A stretch of 64,000 nt of DNA from Lingula anatina. Its lineage: Eukaryota > Animalia > Brachiopoda. Of this stretch, positions 34,789 to 46,900 are shown piece by piece; within the stretch, counting starts at the first letter, position 1, and each line of letters opens with the position of its first letter. Location: positions 39,810,401 through 39,874,400 of the forward strand of contig CM120641.1 of NCBI GenBank assembly GCA_051362555.1, in the 5' to 3' direction. The position numbers and the translations under genes are program-made. The notes beneath the pieces are model-generated. The model was given only the letters and a program-made list of their open reading frames with translations. It was not told the DNA's origin and did not search any database.

Positions 34789-35879
34789 CTGTGCAAAAAA
34801 AAAGAAAAGAAAAGTAGTTCCAAATATAACGTTTTAAACATAGTTTCTTGTTAATTAGTTTACTCAAACCATACATTTAATTGTTGAAACGAAAAAACTA
34901 AACTTTGTATAATTCCCCTTAAAATGTACATACGGGGAACTTTCATCAGGACATAAATCCGACTAGCAATCGATAATTTTTTCAGGAAGTATTAGGTGAA
35001 TAGCAGTACACTCTCCCAAGACAGAAGAACATTGAGCCTATTGATAACTTTGTCGTTTTGTCTTTTTTTTACACTTAATACGTATAATATAATATGTGCG
35101 AGTACCTACATATGTTGGCTAAAATATAACATGGGTGCTTAGTTTACTTATGCCCCGATATTAGTGTGCATCGAAAGGTTCACCAACCGGTGCATAAGCA
35201 AGTTCAGCACGTGTGCTATTTTTCATGCATGCATTTGTGACGAAGAAAGCCAAGGGCATAGGGCACCAAGACTGAAACGATATTCATTAGTCAACCAAGG
35301 CTTCGGGGGGTCGTACCCAGGCCAGCGATTAAAAAGATTGTTTCGGCTACATTTTTGGTATCTGAGTTATTACAAAAAAAAAATGGGTATATTTATTTCA
35401 AGCGCCTTTCATGTAATACGTACCATAAACTGGGGTTTTTCGACAGGTTCGTTTCTTTGAGTGTTTTCTTTAGGAATCTCGTCCATGGCTCTCAAGTTTT
35501 CTTGTCTGAAACAAATCGCACAGTGCATAAAACAGTGTAAACGGAAAACTGAGATCATACCACTAGCTCAATATGAAAAGAGTTTTGAATAAAGCAATAA
35601 AGAGCAAATACCGTTATAACTTATACCAGTATTAAAATGAATCATATGTGACGGGGGGTTTTATGGACAGCAACTACGCGTCACAATATAGTTACCAACA
35701 AAGATCTTTTTCCTGTGGAAGGAACTTTTATTCTGCTCACACGGACTACAACAAGTTGGGACCACGAAGTCCCCTGCACAGTCTACCCTCAGTGGTATCT
35801 TTGTTTTTAAACTTAATTCTTACTAAATTTGTAACACTACCGTGTTATACATATAACAACGCCATGTATTCACGTCATA

Positions 35880-36320
35880 TTTATGCTCTCGCAAACGATT
35901 TTGAGGGGAGGTGGTTATACTGGAATCACCCTTGTGATCGTCGGTCGCTCTGTCTTTTTGTTTTCAAAATATAATTTCCTGTATCTTATGTGCTAAGATC
36001 CCGATAGTTGAGAGAGACATTGGTAATGACCAGTTGAAGTTGCCTATACATATTCATGTCACCAGGTCAAAGGGCAAGGTCATAGGGTATATTTTTGTTG
36101 ACATCTTCTTAGCCTAGGTTGGTGATACTTATTGGAGAAATTGGTCATGGCAAGTAGAAGTGCCTTACATATATTCAGTCCACCTAAAAAGGGGATTTGC
36201 TTTATTTTGAAGGATTTGCCTAAAGTACCTAAACCGGTATTCGGGGAAATATATGGATATTACAAATATGACCTTGGATTTGACCTTTGAGCCATTTTTT
36301 CAAGATCAAATGAAGGTTTT
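35880..36320. repeat. Degenerate interspersed repeat with AGGTCA/TGACCT-rich core (Helentron/HINE-like element common in molluscs)
   Basis: tttatgctctc..ggggagg..tatactggaatcaccct, then a gtcggtcg microsatellite-like block, then caggtcaaagggcaaggtca and tgaccttggatttgaccttt. Confidence 0.45.
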
Positions 36321-36738
36321 GTTTTTTCCGTTGCTCTCCAAAGCAAAGCGATTCAGTGTAGTACGTAACCACATTAATTACATTGCCATCACATGCCTAA
36401 AAAGTCACTGCACCAAAGATTACGTCAACAATTTCATATGCAATGCCATAAAGGGCACTTAATTTTAGTTTCTACGGCTTGCAAGAATAAAACATTTTAT
36501 AATTTTCACTGTCGTCACTTTTAAGTTGTAGGTCACCAACTGACTATGTGGTTTACAATATGTATTACCAAATCGTGTCTGTAACGCATGTCTCTCGCAA
36601 AGGTTTGTTTTATAAGGTATGCAATATGGAAATATTTGATGAGTCAATTGGGTAATTGGCATGCCAAAGTGATCACATAACGAGCTCCATTGATGTCCAC
36701 TGTGATCCAGTTTATATGTATGTATGGAAGACATGTAA

Positions 36739-36744
<6 letters not shown>

Positions 36745-36778
<34 letters not shown>
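36745..36778. repeat. (GT)n microsatellite flanked by a direct repeat tggaagacatgtaa
   Basis: Direct observation; the repeat lies at ~36725-36738 and ~36778-36791. Confidence 0.9.
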
Positions 36779-36780
<2 letters not shown>

Positions 36781-37684
36781 AAGACATGTAACTGTAACTT
36801 AACTTTTTGCCTTTAATATGCACAGAATACTGGAAAGGGAGTGGGAGTATTATGCATAAAAAAACGTAGAATTAACATGTTAACAGTTTAAAAGAAAACG
36901 GATTACAAATGGAAAAATAGTCAAACCTCTTGGTTCGCTTGAAAGATGTGTCTGTCATTTATAAGTATAAACATGTTTCGTAACGGCGTCACTGAGTTCA
37001 TTTCCAATTAGATGCGCCATATTTGAACTGGTGTCATATTCATGTGTCGGTAGTCACTACCATATCAATATGGCCGTGACGAGAGGACACGATACATTGT
37101 CAGATGTAAAGGAGCAAGAAATGACATTAAAATGACAGGGAACAAAGATATTATCTTTGATGAACTACAGATTAGTCTTCTCAATTCTTAGGAAGTCGAG
37201 CTGAAACCGTTAGTTAATCCATACATAATCATAATCATGCAACAACCATCTATGCACGACAACCGAATAATTACTAGGGGGAAATTACACCTGGGACGTG
37301 GTTGTATAAGAAATAATTTGCACGCACTATGCAAAACATGCGCGCTCAGTCTTGTATGAATTCTGATTGAAATTGAACATTTATATATATAATCGCCTTT
37401 TCATATTTTAAGAAGAAGGGATTTGTCATTTTTAAATTAATTAAAATTAATAAACCTTTGGAGGGGTTTTCTTCTTGCCTCCAGAAAGAAAGGGATTTTA
37501 GGTTATATATGTAATATATGTTACATGAAACATACTTTTGCTGTCTGGGCTTTCTCATCTTTTGCCCTCGCTATCCGGTCAGCCTTTAACTATTTTTGCA
37601 AAAAAAATGACGGTCTCATCAGGACACTTATGTTTGTTTAGAACATGTCACGAGATATGACAATGACTATTTACTCGTTGCTTA

Positions 37685-37904
37685 AGCCCCCTTTACACTG
37701 GACGGCGTCCTTTCTGCGTCCCGTAGCATGGTCCTGTTTCAAAGTTAAAAAAAAACACTTTATGTGCTGACAACTGAACAATCATTGAGCATTTATTTTG
37801 CAACCAAAGCGATGCTTGTGCCCCCTTTTTTACGACCATAGCGATGCCATTTTCATTGTCGCACGTAGGACGCAGAAGGGACGCCTCCCAGTGTAAAAGG
37901 GGTT
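37685..37904. mobile_element. MITE family B (PIF/Harbinger-like), full copy
   Basis: TIRs agccccctttacactggacggcgtcctttctgcgtcc / ggacgcagaagggacgcctcccagtgtaaaaggggtt, flanked by TTA/TAA-like sites. Confidence 0.8.
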
Positions 37905-38404
37905 TTACTACTACTCGACTTTTTACAAAGATAATACCTTTATAAACCTTAAGTCTGCTTTTTCTGTCACTTGGCCCTGGCCACCCAGCACGCTGCAAAG
38001 TAAAGTTCTGAGGACAGTTTCTGTACTTTATTAGCTAAACACAAGTCAGATGAAAGTGATGTTCATGGTAAATTCTCACATTAATTTTCATATTTTTTCA
38101 TATTTACTTTTCGTCATTTTCTTCTGCGTTTTTTACATAAAAATATGCCCACTTGGCAATCGGCAGGCTAACTGGTTACGGGTGATATCTGAAACGGCGT
38201 TTTAAACGTATTCAGATAGGCACGATGAATTAACAAACAATTTATGTTCAGTTCGGGCTGAATTAGAACATTACTTTTATTATTTTTGTCAGAGCACGCC
38301 TGTGAGGCGAAAGGTGCTCTAACGCCTATTAGAAGCGGAGTTTATATAGTTGTTTCTGAGATTTTCGAGGTTGCTTTTATGGTATGGCGTTTCTACATAA
38401 CAGC

Positions 38405-38725
38405 TGGAAAATGTTCTCCGGTGGCTAGGCTACTCACACTGTCCAACTTCATCTATATTGTTTTTGAAAAAAAGACGAACAACTTCTTTGACACACATGA
38501 TATAGACTTTTTGTCAGACGCTTGTAAGAGTATAGCGTTACTAGTGTTACTTTACTAGTTCTCATCCTCAAATTCTAAGACTACTGCATAACATCTAAAA
38601 AATGTTCACCGATTGGTAGGCTACTATTACTGCACAACTCCATCTATATTTTCACTTTGCAAAAAATAATAAAAAAAAACTTCTTTGTCACATATGATCC
38701 AGGCCTTCAGACGATGCATAAAAGA
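38405..38725. repeat. Diverged ~190-bp-period tandem duplication
   Basis: aaaatgttc..taggctact..caact.catctatatt..aacttctttg.caca.atgat..tcagacg occurs at ~38408-38520 and ~38599-38714. Confidence 0.7.
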
Positions 38726-39885
38726 TTGAAGTGACGGTCATGCACAACTGAGCGTATAGGACCTATAAAATGTGTTGTAGAAAGGTGGGTATTCAATAAA
38801 CACTGTTATGTAAATGTAATATCGAATAAGTAGGTCCTTTGGCGGTCATCGGTCATCGTGACTGTTACCAGGTCAAAATATGTCAAGATACCCTTTCAGC
38901 CGCACCTAGCAGTACTCATTAAAATCATAGCTATAAAAACTTATATCGTTTCTCAGTGATAGAAGTGCCGAAAAATGTGTAACTAGTTTCAAAATATCTT
39001 AATGATGGAAATCATATTTGTGTTAAATTTTGACATAAACTTGAAACGCATTCATCTTTGTTGTTAGATAAGTTAAAAGATCTTAAAAGAGTCGAAAATC
39101 GCACGATTGAACGAAAGTCCCAATCAAAAATGTTTTGCCCATTTTACTCGAGCGGTGCAAATAATTTTTGGAGACGTTTTAGTCATCCAATGTTAATGTA
39201 AAATCAAGCGATGAAAAGGTTGGTCGAATACGGTACGAGTAGCTGCAAGCTGTCCAACACGAATTTATGCAACCAAAATTTATTCGGAGCACACAAGTGT
39301 ACTAACATTCAGAAATGAGCATAAATGTAGACTTGGTTTCTTGTTGCACACCTCACGACGAAATAAAATCTATCGATATGAGGCATGTCCAGGAAGAGAG
39401 CGCGCAATTTAATCATGGTTGCCGGTAGCCTTTACATATACTGACAGAATAAAAAATGAAAACATTACTGTCTGAGCATTTTAACATCTTTAGAATTGGT
39501 GAATTTCTAAAAGGTCGCGTTAAACAGAGCGTGCAAAAATGTGAAAAAGTAAAATGTGGTATGTATTATACACACATATTTGTTGCTTTTCTTATTACAA
39601 CTTTACTTTAAAGCATCTTAACTGTTGTGGTTAAATACATCTTATTGCAACTTCTTATTAAATCCAGTTTAGACATAAAAATGCGAATGCGTAATTGTCA
39701 GTGACATTGCAAAAACAACCGATTTAATTCCATGCATGAACTCCGTCAAAACTGATCATTCGGGTTAGAAAAGTCGCATCTTCTATTTAGAAAGTGAATT
39801 ATTATTCAACCTTCATTAATGGTATATTGAATGAAAAAGGTTGAGTGGGACTGTTTTATAAACTATAAATATAATATGCTCTTAC

Positions 39886-40070
39886 CTGTGTTATGCAAAT
39901 ACTGGTATGGCCTGATGTTGTGCGCAGAGCGACGAGAAAGCGACTGCCTGAGGTTACCAAGCGGGCATACACCTTATAGGGTATGTTTAAATTATCTCCG
40001 TCTATCGATTACTATGAGATACGTACGTTTGACAGATATGATCATGTGCCTCCCTCTATATATAAAAGAA
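39886..40070 (-). promoter_or_regulatory. Putative TATA promoter and non-coding first exon of the TauE-family gene
   Basis: Minus-strand TATATATAG at ~40056-40064, an Inr-like TCATAGT about 45 nt downstream, and a strong donor CAG|GTAAGA at 39886/39885. Confidence 0.45.
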
Positions 40071-43000
40071 ACGCACGGGTGAATTTCAGCCAGTAGAGAA
40101 ACAGGGGAATCAGTTTCTGCCCCAGCAGAGCGCCACTCCTACTTTAATTTATCAGATACGATGCAAAAAGGCTGAGAAAGTGATTTAAACGTCAATATCT
40201 TATAGTTTTCTTGACAATTTCATAGTGATTTCTACTATCTAATTCCGATATTTTCAAAATAAAAAAAAAAGAAAAATTCGAAGACCACTTTTTCTTCACT
40301 TGCCGTTACTTTTAAGTGAACGATTGATTACGTGTTCTGTGAGTCAGCGGGACAGTACTTTATGCATATGACTTCTGATAAAAGTAGAGGTTATTTAAAA
40401 TGAAAATAAATATTTATATTTAAATACACCAATAGTTCACAAATGGTCTCTTGCAATGGCCTTGCACCATTACTCCAACCTGTTGAATTTGCAGGTTGAA
40501 GCAAAGTAGCAGGAGGTTATCAAATTATTTAATATTTTTCTAACATTTATAAACACTAAATTGACTTAAAATGATAGGGAAAAATACGTCAAAACCCTTC
40601 ACATTTTACAGCAATCCTTACGGTGTATGTGTGTATTTGGGTGAGTAGAGGGGTGGACCCATTTCTTGAAATTCAGGAACTGTGAGTGCTGTTCCGTCAG
40701 AGGTGGAGAATTGCGCATCTGGGCGAACTGATCGAACTTCAGATAAAACTTTTTGTATTTCAGGTGACCGGATAAGCAGCCAGAGTGCCTTAGAAATTTG
40801 TTTTCCATCTCATGTTTCTTAAATAATTTCAGTTATTTAGTCATAGAAGGACTGAACTGTCACCAAAGGTTAATGCTCAACTAACACTTGAAGAATATCA
40901 GATCACATATGTCAGTGATTTGAATTGTGCTCAGATTTGTGTTCAGTGATGAATGGTGCATAACGCTTCAACGTAGACCATCACACAAAAGGAATACAGG
41001 AAAGGCTAGAGAGCAGCTCGGGGCCTATACATGGGAACTATCAGCATAAGATAATTGGTGCGGCAACAAAAGCTAGTATTAAGGTGCGTCTGTGGTGCGG
41101 GAGAAAACGCACGATATAATATGCATCCCGAGTTGCTGAGATTACTGGAAAAGGACCTCTATTATCAGCAAGGTAGGGGCATTCCGATGATAGAAACGTG
41201 GCCTGTTAAATCTGAAACATGGTGTAATCAGCGCTAGACTTGTAACACGTCGACGCGAGGTGGCGGATATTGACCATACTTGCACATAATTTGCATCAAA
41301 TGGAATATGCATGATGAAGATGGTGTTTACCTAATGTGGACGCAAGCGAAACGAAAAGAGTCAATTTCTCCGAGAGAAAAATGTATCTAGATGATCAACT
41401 CAACTCGGAATGTAAAAATAATTTAAAATATATAATAATAAATACATAAATAAACATCATTCTTGATTTTACTGTATATATGTATATTTTGTTTAAAGTT
41501 GGGGGGCAATATACGCTAGCTCTACCACAATTGACATCAATAATGCAAAAACATTCATCTTATTATCAAAGTATATATCATTTATGTAACTTTTATATAG
41601 GGTGATATTGCCATGTAATTACTTGCAGAAGAATGCCACAATAAATACCAATAAATAACAATTAGTTGTCGCTAATATTTGCCTCTCAAAGTATTTAAAG
41701 TTCATTAACTTCAACTACATGGAAATGTTTAATATGTATCAAAAATGCGGGTCATCTGTCTCGTCACGAGAATACATCTTAAATTAAAAAGGCAACTTCC
41801 TGATGTTTTAAACCTTAAAATAAAATATTTTCAATCTACTTTTTTCGTCGTACCAACCACTGCTATCTTGGCAAAATTGGATTTATTGTTTCAAATATGA
41901 ATAACACTTCTTAAGTTGTACAGTGAAAAAGTTTACGAAACGATACACTGTTGGCGGATATTGTTATCAGCTTGATTAGCCGCGACTGTTTTTTTTTTCA
42001 CACAGTTTTGATTATACATGTGTATGAGGGTGTGCGCACGTGAAAAGAAACCGTGCAGAAATAGTTATTCAATACCACTATCTTTGCTGTTTCCGTGTTT
42101 TCATGCCATTTAAACTGAGGCCCGTGATACATTATGTTCAAAACAACCATCAAACGACTCTTAACGGCTTTCAAAAATCGCTGTTTCATCGTGAAAACAT
42201 AATTAAGACGGGGGTAACATTTCAACTTACTTAAAGCCCCACATACCGATTAATATATAAAATGCCTGGGTACTTAAATAGAAACTTATACTCCGCAACG
42301 GGACTAGGAGCATTAGTTTTTAGTGGCAGATTTAGGGGGTGTCAGGGGGGTCCTACATGTAACACCCCCTTCGATTTCTGAAAAAAAAATCACACCAATG
42401 GTCCCCTCTTGAAATTAGAATTTTGACTGGCTGAATCATAGTTCTATACCGTACCAAATGGCACCATTTGTTACAATTGAGATAAAAAATCAATTGTTGG
42501 AAATGCAATCATTACTTTCAAATGCTCGACAGCATAAAGAACTCCAAAATGGCCGTCAATAAGATACTAGTGATCAAATACTTGACCAAAATATGACATT
42601 CTCTATTGAAAAAGAAACTGGTGTTTATTTCATCTAAAAATCACTTATAAAAACTTAAGAATGGCCAACAATGACCTATACAAACATATTCTTACAACAA
42701 TATTTTAAGTTGAATTTATAAACTATCAAAATATACAATCTGGCTGCAAAAATGAGTCTCTCCATCACTTGGAAAAAATAGGGGGCAAGACATTTTCTCT
42801 AAGGTAATTGTAAATATCTTTGTGGGATTCTTTTAGAGTAGTCAACAAAACTTCCACAAATACTGCACCTAGAACCATTGAACATAATAAAAGAATAATA
42901 GGAAAATTACTTGATTCAACTTGGGAGTACTTGATATGCAAGCAGTTATGCAACCGTCAGTGAAGTTGGTGATCAAGTTACCAACTATATCTCCTGTTTG

Positions 43001-43945
43001 CAAGGGAAAACACCATTGCAGGAACTTGTGCTGATATAAAAGTCAAATATCTTAGTATTGTATGATTTATTTTTTATACAAACGTGTGTGGAATGTAAAG
43101 ATTATACATCGACATTACAACTAATTATGAATATTTAAATACAGCTGTCAACATGACTTGGTCTAAATAGTATCAAATGTCTCTTAAAAACATTCTATTT
43201 CTTCTACCATTTAAAGGCAAAATCATTATATTTTTACCATGTGCAAAATGAACAATAATTATTAAATAAGGAACAACTGACATGAATAAAAACTTCTCCC
43301 AAGAAACTGAATGCTGTCTTCTAGAGATTTGCAAAAGGTGCTAAAGTGTGACAAACTGCAACAGTTTTAAGTGATAAATTTGATAGATTTTGAAAAAGTG
43401 GCTAGTGATAATGTCTGAAAGGCACATTGCTATTGAACTATTTCCTTAACTCACATGACGTGAAGATAAGTATTCCAAAATATTTTTCTTTCTTCTTTTC
43501 GGTGTGTTCAAGTTTTGCCTAATAGTGATGGTTGGCTATTGCTAAAAATGGTTGTGTAAGCCAGAAAATTGGTTAATTGCATTTAAACAACAAGACCCCT
43601 CAAAATGTCTCTTAAAATACAGATAAATCATATCAAACAATATAATGTTTGTCACTTTAACAGGAATCTCAAATCTTTGTTGTTAATATCACAAGTTAAT
43701 GACTTAGCTCATTTTAAACTTTCTCTAAATGCAACCAAACCATACTAAAACCTAATATGGAAAAAATAATAGTTGCTTAGAAAAAAAAAAAAAAAAAAGC
43801 TGCTTAGTAAACAAACTTCAGAATTACTTCTTGGTCTGGTGGCAAACGTAACTTGTTCAAATTAAAAAGATGTTGTGAGTGCAGTAGTAGAAGTCAAACA
43901 TGTTGTCAGCAGATCTCATATTTTTTTAATCTTTGCAGATTTTTT

Positions 43946-46900
43946 TCACAGAGTGCCTAAGTTTTTCAGGACTAAAGCTGCTAGAATGCCTCCTCCAAAC
44001 ATGGCTGGCACAGCCGCAAATGACAGTAAATTAAGCAGGCCAACACCAGAAAGCCCATGTCCACTGAAAAATAAAGAAATAAATCTTAAATATAAGAAAT
44101 TACAATCATTAAAATTAAAACGATGGCCCCTATATAAAGATATGCACATACTATTCTGATAACAATAGCCATGCAGGAAGAATATATTACCTCTGACATT
44201 TTTAAGCTAGTGCTGCACAAGATAATGACCTAGGTATGAAATATTTCTATGGGCTGTAATTAGATGGTAACATATCTGAATGCACCATCAAAATCTTGAT
44301 TATCTGCCATAGTGCCAGAGACTTTTAAGCTACTAGTCCATCTAGCAATTGGGGGTCTAAAAGTGGGCTTGTATTAAGTATAATAGTAACTTTTTTTACA
44401 GGTCTGGTGCCCCTTTTAAGTGTGTAATTGCCTAGTGGGACAGACTGCTGTGTTACCCACCTGGTGCAGCCTCCAGCCAGCCTAGCACCAAACAACATCA
44501 GGGCACCACCTGTCAATGCAGACAGTGGTGCCACCCCCCTAGCTGTGCCTAGGGATCCGGAGGCAGAGGCAGACAGGTAACCACCCAGCACAGCACCACT
44601 GACGTAGAATACCTGGAAGAGAGAATAATATTATTTCAGTTGAATTACTTGTTTGTGATCTAATTCCTGGGATGTAATCTGATTTTAAGATGTAGGAATA
44701 CCAGAGTCCTGACCGAAGGTGTCATGTTTAATGCTAATGTCTTAACCTCTTTTCATATTCTAAAAGAAAGGTGTACATTCTAGCTTGCTTATAAAAATAC
44801 GAACATTTATAGGTACACTATTGGTATGGGCCTAAAACCAAACATATGACAAGGTAAAACTAAATGAAAAATCAAAGCCTTCAGATTATAATTATAATGT
44901 TGTTTATTTTGTAAATCTGGAAGTAAACAGGAGGTAAACAAAATGTTTTTAACTCCTGCATATTCACTTCACACAGGTGGTATGTAACACAATGCACAGC
45001 ATTTTGATTTAAAGTAAAAAAGAGTTTTGTACTGTGGTGACAGATGATATGTTTCTGTCTGACCCCAAGGTCAGCTGATTATCTAAAGCCATCAACCAAA
45101 TGATATAAACAGCATTTTTCCATCATCTTATATCGTCAGACCTGATTTTTATTTCACTTAACAAAAACAACAACAACAACAACTGATTTGTTAAATTATT
45201 GGACCAGTAAATTGTACTCCAAAAATTGAAAACTGTATTACCCTGCTGTTATGGATGAAGTCACTTATATGTGTACCGCACCTGCATACCAAACTGGGCA
45301 TATCCGCATGCCCCTCAGCTATGTTACACTCCACCTACAGAATAAAAAAAAAAAAAAAAAAAAAAAAAACGGGTGACCCACCTGCCACCAGTTTCCCATT
45401 CCTTTCTTGAATTTTCTCAGATAGGATGACAAATTCTCCAGGGGTCTGTTCACCAGTAACTGACTGACTATTGTACAGTAGCTGCTGCTTCCCCCTAGAG
45501 TGTCGCTGACTGCGAGAAGGATGGGCACCTGTAGCAGACCTATGATAGCCCCTGCTAAGGCTGGGGGCCAGGCTCTAGCGCTCAGCCAGGATGTTCCTAC
45601 TGCACTGTCAACCTACAAGAACAGTTCTTAAGGCTGCACACCTCATAAGAGATTCTTATCAAATATTTTACTACTAAGTACCCATGCTTTATTGGTCTAT
45701 TTTTTTTTTCGAGCAAAGTGCATTCAAAAATCTGCGAAGTAATAAAAAAGTTTTGGTGTATGAACTAGTACACTGGTTATCTATACGTGCAGCATTCTTG
45801 ACAATTCAAAGAAAACCTAAATGTTTACACAAATTCCTTCAAATGTTCTCCTCAGACCAATCTAGCGAATAGTCTAACACTGCAGTAAATTTGAAAAAAA
45901 AAAAAAATTTTTTTTTCTTCACAATTTGGATCTACTAAAATAGGCGATGAAAACCTACTGCTAACTCAGTCTGCCATGGCTTCCACAGTTCCAGTCCTGC
46001 CACCGCCATTCCCAACATGGCCGCCATAGGAAGTGCAAGAACAAAGTATGGGCTGTGTGTGGCACCATCAAGACTAAAACATTGTCAGGATATCATTTGT
46101 ATCAAGGCAATTCAAATTTTCAACAAGAAAAACACTCAGAGAGCACAGACCTCTGTCAAGGCAGCTAAACTTAATTATTATTATCAATTAATAAATTGCT
46201 GGATTGATTACAATATGATCAATTCAAAGTTGATTAGACCATTTCTGACCAATCCTCAAAATATCTATCAAAATGTCTGTAACTCTTTGATCTAGGCTGT
46301 TAACTTACAAACCAACAAAGACAAAATTAACATAAGCTGCTTGGGAGAAATAAAATTCTATACATTAACAAATTATATCAATTTAGGTGAAATATGTTGA
46401 TTAGATATACCTTAATACTGTCATAGGCTTGCTGGGTTTGGTAAGTCTCACCACAGCTGGCTCCACAAATCCATACAGTGCAGCACCCAATAAAGCTCCA
46501 GAGAAGGTGTATACTAAAATGATGAAATTATTAACATAATGGCTGGAGAGCTTATATTTCCCAAAACAGCAAGAAAAAAAATGAGTGCAGAATATATTGT
46601 ATCTATTTACTCAATTTCATTTTACATGTATCTCTTCACCTCCAAAATCATTGCAATTCACTTCAAAAATGTTAAATGTGATCTTATCATTACCAGGATC
46701 TAAACTCATTAAAAAAAAAACTCAAATCAAATTAACTGGTTCAAAAGGAATTCAAATGACTTACTTGCATTTTCAGCAAGAGCACCAACCTGAACTAACA
46801 CCATTCCTGGACACTACAAAAACCAACAGATAATACATTGTGAAATAAACTATAACAGCACTGAGCAACCTTGTAAAGTGAATTGAAAATATTATGTATT

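Noticed and set aside
36061-36290. Clustered AGGTCA half-sites as nuclear-receptor elements for TauE
   Set aside because: They lie within a degenerate interspersed repeat that is intrinsically rich in this motif.
40470-40510. Short hairpin caacctg..caggttg as a miRNA or SECIS
   Set aside because: The stem is too short, SECIS core motifs are missing, and no nearby gene has an in-frame UGA.
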